This document shows positions 13,542 through 20,669 of a stretch of 64,000 bases of DNA, one piece after another. The stretch is from positions 4,832,587-4,896,586 of the forward strand of contig CM120648.1 of the NCBI GenBank assembly GCA_051362555.1, written 5' to 3'. This DNA is from Lingula anatina. Its lineage: Eukaryota > Animalia > Brachiopoda. The notes below the pieces were generated by a model that saw only the letters and a program-made list of their open reading frames with translations, was not told the DNA's origin and did not search any database. Each line of letters begins with the position of its first letter. The stretch's first letter is position 1. Both the position numbers and the translations under genes were made by a program.

Positions 13542-16025
13542 ATGGAGAATGTACATGTCATTAAAGTCAACTCGGCTGACGTTCAGGAGCTGTCACTAAT
13601 ACCGGGTGTTAGTGATAAAATAGCTGAAACTTTGGTGTCAGCGAGACAAAATGGTGGACAAATCACCAGGGAGTTATTGCAACTAATAACTCGTAAGAAG
13701 TTGACGGATGATGTGGTGGAGTTATTAGACTTTACTCCTAATACTACCCTCTCTACAGTACAGCAAGCCTCTGGAGGTAACACCAGCGCGGATCAGAAAA
13801 TGGTGTCACGGGAGCCCAGTAGTTCTTCGGGTTTCGGGATTGGGTGTTTATGGACTTCTACACCCATTCGGTCACCCTTGAGTGAGGTACCAAGGGCTGA
13901 CGAGAGGCGCATGGTCTCCACGCCTGTACAGACAGGAGAGGGGATGAGGGAAATGGTCTCCACTTCAGTGCAGACGGTGGTATCTACACAGACTGGAGAC
14001 AAGTCGGAGTTACATAGGAGGTATGTAAACCTGGAACAGGCAGGTGTTAACCAGGCACCTGGGGGGATTCCTGTGGGTTCCAGACAGGAATCTCGAGGGC
14101 CAGCTAGAAGGCCGTTGAGTAAAATTCCGTGGGGAATAACTCCTATTCCCGAGAATCCAGGGCATGGTGATGACACTGAAGTGAAAATTCCATTCACTCA
14201 GGATATGCGTATACCTGGAAGGAAGACAGAAACCAGCCAAGTGCGACAGGCTACTGTACACTGGAAAACAGAGCCAGTCCCAGCTTACACCCGAGGGAGT
14301 CATGAGAATTATGGTGCAATGTATCAGCCAGGTCCATTCACACAAGGCCAAAATGGACCGACTACTGGGGTCAGACATGTAACTTTGCAGCCAGGTGTGG
14401 TCACACGGGACCAGTGTGGACCGAGTCTTGCTTTTATGCAAGATGGGCAGCAGTCAGGTGGGTTCACACAACACCAGTGTGGATCGAATCTTGCTTTTAT
14501 GCAAGATGTGCATCAGCCAGGTGGGGTCACACGAGACCAGTATGGACCGAGCCTTGCTTGTGTGCAAGGCGGGCAGCAGCAAAGGGAGGTCACACGAGAC
14601 CAGTATGGACTGTACCGAGATGTCAGACCAACAGGGTGGCAGCCAGATCAGGTCACACTAGATCACTATGGACCGAGCCATGCTTATATGCATGGTGAAC
14701 AGCTGCCAGGTGAATTTACACTGAACCATGGTGGACCGAATCGTGAAAACTGTGGTCGGGGTCTAGAGCCATTCAGACAAGACTGGTTGAGACCGGACTA
14801 TGGTGAACCAGTACCAGTTACCGGTATCAGCACTCAAGGATATGACTGTGGGGGGCCATACCAGGCGCCAGTCATTTCTCAGAGGAGAGCTGATGTACCC
14901 TGGGAACCAGTTCCTACTAATGAGGCTTCTTACCCTATGGAAGTCGGAGGTAGAGGTGTCCAGGGAGGACATCGTGGTGTACAGGGAAGATATAGTGGTG
15001 TCAATGGAGGACACGATGGTGATCATAGGAGTCATGGTGGATGGGGATCTACAGTTAGCGCCCCAACACGGAAGTTTAACCCTCCAAAGAACTTAGTCTT
15101 TGATGGGCGTGGTAACTGGACTGCATTTAAGAGCTTATTTGTCAGACATGCAGTTCGTGAACAGTGGGATGATGCCTTGTCCCTCGATGGGTTATGTTGG
15201 TGCCTGCGGGGAAAAGCTCAGGATTACTATGCTATACTGAGTCAACGGGTAGGTGGCCTAACATACCAAGTGTTGCTGCATGAACTGGAGAAACGGTTCG
15301 GAGAGCGAGATACGCCAGCTACAGCACAGTCGCGTTTCCAGAGTTCAGTTCAGGAGTCTAATGAGTCGTTAGATGACTGGGCTGATCGTGTGTTAACTTT
15401 GGCAGGTCGTGCTTACGAGGGCTTGCCGGAATCATTCACTGATATGCAGGCGGTGAATCGATTTTGTGCTGGTTTATTGGACAAGGAAGCGGGGCATGCT
15501 ATTTATATGCGGAGTCCTCCAACTGTTCGTGAGGCAGTGCGTTTGGTGAGGATGCATCAGCAAATGTACCAGGTGATGGAACACACGGTGCCGAGGAGGG
15601 GTCGTCAGGGAAACCCGAGAGTAAATCAGGTAGCGACGGCCGAAATACCTCCAACACCTGAGATGTCCAGGTTGGTCCAGTGTATGGAGAACATGGAGAA
15701 ATCCATTAAATCTTTACAGCTGGATGCGAAAAAGAAAACACCTCCTAATCCGGATATGTCCAAGTGGGTCCAGCGAATGGAGAATATGGAGAAATCTATT
15801 AAGTCTCTACAACTGGATGCGAAAAAGAAGGCGATCGAGAAAAGTGGGTCGCCGAAGGCAGAAAATGGGTCCAAGTCTGAGAGTAGACCTATGGATGGGA
15901 CTTGTTTTAAATGCCGGGAAAAGGGACATTTTATCCGTGAGTGCCCGAGATGGGGAGATGCCTTGGAAAAGAGACAAGATAAGGTCTCAGGGGCGAAGCA
16001 GGGAAACGCCAAGGGGTCGAGGTAG
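13542..16025 (+). CDS. gag: Gag polyprotein with N-terminal helix-hairpin-helix (ComEA/HHH_3-like) domain, repeats, capsid-like region and CCHC knuckle
   Basis: First ATG at 13542 (the ORF track starts at an upstream TTG). KVNSADVQELSLIPGVSDKIAETLVSARQNGG is HhH-like. FDGRGNWTAFKSLF...WDD...LRGKA...LEKRFG...QESNESLDDWADRV...RFCAGL is typical retrotransposon capsid. CFKCREKGHFIREC at 15903-15944. Confidence 0.93.
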   Translation: MENVHVIKVNSADVQELSLIPGVSDKIAETLVSARQNGGQITRELLQLITRKKLTDDVVELLDFTPNTTLSTVQQASGGNTSADQKMVSREPSSSSGFGIGCLWTSTPIRSPLSEVPRADERRMVSTPVQTGEGMREMVSTSVQTVVSTQTGDKSELHRRYVNLEQAGVNQAPGGIPVGSRQESRGPARRPLSKIPWGITPIPENPGHGDDTEVKIPFTQDMRIPGRKTETSQVRQATVHWKTEPVPAYTRGSHENYGAMYQPGPFTQGQNGPTTGVRHVTLQPGVVTRDQCGPSLAFMQDGQQSGGFTQHQCGSNLAFMQDVHQPGGVTRDQYGPSLACVQGGQQQREVTRDQYGLYRDVRPTGWQPDQVTLDHYGPSHAYMHGEQLPGEFTLNHGGPNRENCGRGLEPFRQDWLRPDYGEPVPVTGISTQGYDCGGPYQAPVISQRRADVPWEPVPTNEASYPMEVGGRGVQGGHRGVQGRYSGVNGGHDGDHRSHGGWGSTVSAPTRKFNPPKNLVFDGRGNWTAFKSLFVRHAVREQWDDALSLDGLCWCLRGKAQDYYAILSQRVGGLTYQVLLHELEKRFGERDTPATAQSRFQSSVQESNESLDDWADRVLTLAGRAYEGLPESFTDMQAVNRFCAGLLDKEAGHAIYMRSPPTVREAVRLVRMHQQMYQVMEHTVPRRGRQGNPRVNQVATAEIPPTPEMSRLVQCMENMEKSIKSLQLDAKKKTPPNPDMSKWVQRMENMEKSIKSLQLDAKKKAIEKSGSPKAENGSKSESRPMDGTCFKCREKGHFIRECPRWGDALEKRQDKVSGAKQGNAKGSR

Positions 16026-19000
16026 GGGGCCTATCCTCGATCCGAGATGACGCTAGGTCAGACGTCAAAGAAACTGATGATAAGGCCCGAGAAAAAGGAT
16101 CTGAAGCAGAAAAGAACAAACCTGAACCAGAGGTGGTATATGTGAATCAGATTGGATCCGTATCCGACTACTCTTTAAAAATCAGAGTAGGTGATAAAAC
16201 AGTGAGGGCATTAGTGGATACCGGTGCTCGTGTCACCATTTTATCTGACAGTATCTACAATAGCTTGAAAAATCCGCCGAGAAAATTAAAGGATGTGCAG
16301 TTGTGGGCTGCAGGGCGGAAGATGGCTATGCCGGGTTTTATCGCAGGTCCGATAAAATTAAAAATTGGACACAAGTGGTATACGGAAACAGTATACGTGG
16401 CTCCTTTGGAGGAAGAGATGTTGCTGGGAGTCGACATATTGAGAGATCGGGGTCAAGCCATGATTGATGTTGGAAGAGGGATTCTGCACTTCGATGACAT
16501 GAGTTTAACGTTGGACTGTTGCCTGGAGAAGGGTGTTCCCCAGGTAGCACGCGTTATGGTGTCAGAGCGCCGGGTAATTCCTCCTAACTCTGTAGTCAGA
16601 GTGGCATGTAAAATGGATATGGACCTCGATGATTATGTCATAGAGCCAGTGGAGAGGGGCGCGTGTAATTTCTTGGTTCCAAGGGTTATACGTAATAGGG
16701 GGAGTGACCCTATTATGGTGCTGATTAACCCAAGTGACAGGTATAAGCTGCTACAGAAGGGGTCAGAAATTGGGAGGGCTTTTTCTTATGAAAAAGTCGT
16801 GACGTCTGGACAAGCGTTTGACGAACATGTGCAATGTGGTTCAGTTTCGACTGAGTCGAGGGTGTCTAGTACGACATCGAGTCAAACTGAAGAGGATGTG
16901 GTGAGAGTAAATTACTCTATTCCTGCACCGCGGAGGCCTAAGGTGAGACCAGCCGAAGGCGAGGGTGAAGAAAGGCCAGGGGTTCCTCCACATTTACAGA
17001 AGGTGTTCGAGGAATCGAGTACAGAGTTGAGCGAGGACCAGCAAGCTCAACTGGGTCAAGTACTGACCGAGTTTCAAGATGTGTTTGCCCAAAGTGAGTT
17101 TGACTTAGGTAATTTTACTGCCTTAGAACATACTATTGACACGGGGCAAGCGAGGCCGATCAAGCAGAGGATGCGGCGTACACCAGTGTGTTTTGCTAAT
17201 GAGGAGGAGGCTCATCTGCAGAAAATGATCCAAGCAGGGGTAATACAAGAATCCACATCGGATTGGGCGTCAGCGCCGGTGTTAATTCGTAAAAAAGATG
17301 GTAGCGTTCGTTACTGCATTGACTACCGTGCCTTGAATGAAGTTACCACTAAGGATGTATTCCCACTGCCACTGGTGGACAATTGTTTGGATACCTTGTC
17401 GGGTAGCGTTTTCTTTAGTAAGTTGGATGCAAACTCAGCTTATTGGCAGGTACCCATTCGAGAGGAGGATAGAAAGAAGACCGCGTTCATAACAAAGTAT
17501 GGATTGTATGAACACATTCGCATGGCGTTTGGTCTTTGTGGGGCACCAGCTACCTATGCCAGAATTATGAATTTGGTCTTTCGAGGTTTATCATGGAAGA
17601 CGGTGCTGGCGTTTCTGGACGATATAGTGGTGCTGGGTGCGAGTTTCGAGATTCATCTGCAGAATCTGCGTGAGGCTCTAATGAGGTTTAGAGCGTATGG
17701 GCTAAAGTTAAAGCCGAAGAAGTGTTCTTTCTTCCAAAGAAAGATCGAGTTTCTAGGTCGAGTAGTGACTGGGGACACCTTAGCCATGTCGGAGCATGAT
17801 ATCCAGGTGGTCAGAGATTGGCCGATGCCAACATGTGGAAAGGATGTCGAGAAATTTATGGGCCTAGCAAACTACCACAGGACGTTTATCAAGGACTTTT
17901 CCAAACTCGCTGCTCCACTATATGCCATGACTGGTAAGAACAATTTTCAGTGGGGTGAGGAGCAATCTGTGTCATTTAGATCACTGAAGGAAGCATTAAC
18001 TTCACCACCAGTGTTGGCTATTCCGAGGCAGGATGGCGAGTATATTTTGGACACAGATGCGAGCGAGTATGCCATTGGAGCAGAGCTGCTTCAGGTACAA
18101 GATGGCGAGGAAAAAGTTGTAGCTTACGGAAGCTACGGCCTCACGAAAGAGCAGAGGCGGTATTGTACAACACGTAAAGAGCTGCTTGCTGTTGTACGTT
18201 TCACCAGGCAGTATAGACACTATCTCCTGGGGAGGCCATTCATGGTGAGAACCGACCATTCAAGCTTGCGTTGGTTAATGAGGTTCAAGGAGCCGCAGGG
18301 TCAGTTGGCGCGATGGTTAGAGGAGCTGTCGCAGTTCAACATGGTTCTATCACATCGGGCAGGGCGACTTCATGCAAACGCGGATGCACTGTCAAGAGCT
18401 GGACACACGGGGCAGTGTTTAACGTTTGGGACAGGAGTACACCTTGGAGATCTACCCTGTGGAGGATGTGAATATTGTAAGCGTGCTCACTCAAACTGGG
18501 CCAGGTTTGAGGAGGAGGTTGATGATGTGGTGCCATTGGTGATCCGAGGGGAAAACCAGGGGGGTACCAGGAGCGTCGAAAGCGAAGAAACCTCAAGTGA
18601 CCGACAGAGTAACAGTGGCAAGACGGTAAACACTGTTATGGTTGACTCAGTGAGGCAGTTTTCAGAACCGGAGGTATTGGGGCCAGTGGTAGATACCTCG
18701 CCTGATGAAAAGGTGGAAGACATGCCTGAGTACCATATGTTGAGAGAGGTGATCGAGAATATCCCATGGGACCCAGGAAAATCGGTCCGAGTTAATGTGA
18801 TCACCACTCGTCAGCAGGCTAAAAAGATGAAAAGAACGCCTGAAGTGGGCTCTACTGGTGTAGAGTCGAGTTCAAAAGAAGTGGGCTCTACTGGCGTAGA
18901 GTCGAGATCAACTAAAGTGGACTCTAAGGATATAGAGTCGAGACCAGCTGCAGTGGGCTCTAATAGTACAGAGTCGAGGTCAACTGTGAAGGCTGAGAGT

Positions 19001-20557
19001 AAGAGTACCTCAGGGCTGCGCAGTTGGGGGTATTCAGTGGAAGAAGTGAAAGCGGCACAGAAAGCAGATCACGATGTGAATCTGATTAGGGAGTATGTGG
19101 ACAACGCCATTATTCCAAATCAGTCTACTCTATTCAGAGGGAGCAAGGAATTAAAGTCTTATTGGCTGGATAGAGAGATGTTTGTAATGATTGATGGTGT
19201 ACTGTATTGGTCAGATCCGAAGACTGACGATAAGAAGTTAGTGCTTCCACATGGATTGCGAGTTAAGGCAATCGAGTTACACCACTGTTTACCATCAGCA
19301 GGACATCAGGGAGTCTCTAGGACTAAAGAGAGACTTCGAGAACGTTTTTATTGGCACAAGTTAGGCCGAGATGTGGATAACTTTGTGCGAGGCTGCGCAA
19401 GTTGCAATCAAAATAAAAAGTCGGCAAGACATGGCCGGGGTGCTTTAACCGAGTTCCAGGCTGGAGAACCTATGGAACGTGTACACTTGGATTTTCTGGG
19501 TCCTCTACCGAAGAGCACCAGGGGAAATGAGTACATACTCATGATGGTTGACCAGTTTACCAAGTGGGTGGAGTGCATCCCGCTTCCATCGCAGTCTGCT
19601 GAGGAGACAGCGCAGGCGGCAGTCGAACAGTTTTTCTCACGGTTCGGGGTACCGTTTGAAATATACACGGATCAAGGAAGAAATTTTGATTCGAAGCTGT
19701 TCACTGAGGTGTGTAGGATATTGGAGATCCATAAAGCACGGACGACACCCTATCGCCCATCTTCCAATGGTCAGATTGAGAGGTACAATCGGACATTGAT
19801 GGACGCAGTGCGTTGCTTTACAGAGAGATCTCAAAACCAGTGGGATCTTCATCTACAGCAAATTGCCGGGGCTCTCAGGTCATCGGTCAACAGGATGACA
19901 GGTTTTACGGCTAACAAGCTGATGTTGGGCAGGGAAGTCAACACTCCTGCTGGAATAATGTTCCCACAGAAGGGAAGAGAGCCGAGTAGTACCGAGGGGT
20001 ATGTGGCTGAGTTAGAAGCCGACCTACAGAAGGCGCACGAGACTGCCCGAGGTAAGCTCAAAGTATCTTCTAAGCGTATGAAGCGGGATTACGACCTGAG
20101 GATTTTGGAGCGAACCTATGCGGTCGGGGATTCAGTTTACATACTGGATGCGGCCGGAGGCCGGGGGAAGTGTAAGAAACTATGTCCCCCGTGGAAGGGT
20201 CCGGGAGTCATCGTGGAGAGGCTGAGCTCGTATTTATACCGGGTGAAGGTAAGAAATGCGGTGTTCGTGGCCAATCATGACAGGTTAAAACCTTGTCGAG
20301 ACAGTGAGATACCTCTGTGGATCCAGCAATGGAGAAAAAATCCCGTGGTTGACTCTACAGTCAAAGGGGATGACAGAGTGTATTGTCGCTGTAGGCAGAA
20401 ATGGCAGGGCCGATTCATGATACAGTGCGATTATTGTAGTGAATGGTATCATGGGTCTTGTGTAAACATTACTGCGTCTGACGCCCTCTCGATAAAGAAG
20501 TACAAGTGTGAGGATTGCACACGTCGATTGGTGCGTCCGGGCCATAATCGTGTATAG
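15983..20557 (+). CDS. pol: Pol: aspartic protease - reverse transcriptase - RNase H - integrase - PHD finger (translated as Gag-Pol)
   Basis: ALVDTGA (D at 16217); RT WASAPVLIRKKDGSVRYCIDYRALN, KLDANSAYWQ, MAFGL, FLDD (17612-17623); RNase H LDTDAS...ELLAV...TDH...NADALSR; integrase H..GH..CASC zinc finger and LDFLGP/TDQG/GQIER core; C-terminal C4HC3 PHD at 20378-20518. Confidence 0.97.
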   Translation, partial: GLRGEAGKRQGVEVGGLSSIRDDARSDVKETDDKAREKGSEAEKNKPEPEVVYVNQIGSVSDYSLKIRVGDKTVRALVDTGARVTILSDSIYNSLKNPPRKLKDVQLWAAGRKMAMPGFIAGPIKLKIGHKWYTETVYVAPLEEEMLLGVDILRDRGQAMIDVGRGILHFDDMSLTLDCCLEKGVPQVARVMVSERRVIPPNSVVRVACKMDMDLDDYVIEPVERGACNFLVPRVIRNRGSDPIMVLINPSDRYKLLQKGSEIGRAFSYEKVVTSGQAFDEHVQCGSVSTESRVSSTTSSQTEEDVVRVNYSIPAPRRPKVRPAEGEGEERPGVPPHLQKVFEESSTELSEDQQAQLGQVLTEFQDVFAQSEFDLGNFTALEHTIDTGQARPIKQRMRRTPVCFANEEEAHLQKMIQAGVIQESTSDWASAPVLIRKKDGSVRYCIDYRALNEVTTKDVFPLPLVDNCLDTLSGSVFFSKLDANSAYWQVPIREEDRKKTAFITKYGLYEHIRMAFGLCGAPATYARIMNLVFRGLSWKTVLAFLDDIVVLGASFEIHLQNLREALMRFRAYGLKLKPKKCSFFQRKIEFLGRVVTGDTLAMSEHDIQVVRDWPMPTCGKDVEKFMGLANYHRTFIKDFSKLAAPLYAMTGKNNFQWGEEQSVSFRSLKEALTSPPVLAIPRQDGEYILDTDASEYAIGAELLQVQDGEEKVVAYGSYGLTKEQRRYCTTRKELLAVVRFTRQYRHYLLGRPFMVRTDHSSLRWLMRFKEPQGQLARWLEELSQFNMVLSHRAGRLHANADALSRAGHTGQCLTFGTGVHLGDLPCGGCEYCKRAHSNWARFEEEVDDVVPLVIRGENQGGTRSVESEETSSDRQSNSGKTVNTVMVDSVRQFSEPEVLGPVVDTSPDEKVEDMPEYHMLREVIENIPWDPGKSVRVNVITTRQQAKKMKRTPEVGSTGVESSSKEVGSTGVESRSTKVDSKDIESRPAAVGSNSTESRSTVKAESKSTSGLRSWGYSVEEVKAAQKADHDVNLIREYVDNAIIPNQSTLFRGSKELKSYWLDREMFVMIDGVLYWSDPKTDDKKLVLPHGLRVKAIELHHCLPSAGHQGVSRTKERLRERFYWHKLGRDVDNFVRGCASCNQNKKSARHGRGALTEFQAGEPMERVHLDFLGPLPKSTRGNEYILMMVDQFTKWVECIPLPSQSAEETAQAAVEQFFSRFGVPFEIYTDQGRNFDSKLFTEVCRILEIHKARTTPYRPSSNGQIERYNRTLMDAVRCFTERSQNQWDLHLQQIAGALRSSVNRMTGFTANKLMLGREVNTPAGIMFPQKGREPSSTEGYVAELEADLQKAHETARGKLKVSSKRMKRDYDLRILERTYAVGDSVYILDAAGGRGKCKKLCPPWKGPGVIVERLSSYLYRVKVRNAVFVANHDRLKPCRDSEIPLWIQQWRKNPVVDSTVKGDDRVYCRCRQKWQGRFMIQCDYCSEWYHGSCVNITASDALSIKKYKCEDCTRRLVRPGHNRV
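16001..16043 (+). promoter_or_regulatory. -1 programmed ribosomal frameshift signal (gag-pol)
   Basis: G_GGA_AAC heptamer in gag phase at 16001-16007, then a 6-nt spacer and a hairpin GGGTCGAGGTAGG/ggg/CCTATCCTCGATCC (16014-16043). The pol frame is -1 and open from 15983 (TAA at 15980-15982). Confidence 0.88.
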
Positions 20558-20635
20558 ATTAAGGTCGAGTAGAGGGTTAAGGTTGAGTGGAGATAAGAGT
20601 TTAATTAGCTAAGAGTTTAGCTTAAGTCAAATAAC

Positions 20636-20669
20636 TCTTACTCAAAATTCTTCTCTTTTTTCTTTTTAG
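20636..20669 (+). promoter_or_regulatory. Candidate 3' splice acceptor for ORF3
   Basis: CTTAC branch-point-like motif, then a pyrimidine tract TTCTTCTCTTTTTTCTTTTT and AG immediately before ATG 20670. The tract stands out in an otherwise purine-rich strand. Confidence 0.75.

Noticed and set aside
15608-15614. Second in-phase GGGAAAC slippery heptamer in gag
   Set aside because: No obvious downstream stem, and the -1 frame stops at TGA 15659-15661.
16133-16135. GTG start for pol (and TTG start for gag at 13506)
   Set aside because: ORF-track artefacts; pol is open from 15983 and reachable by -1 frameshift, and gag has an ATG at 13542.
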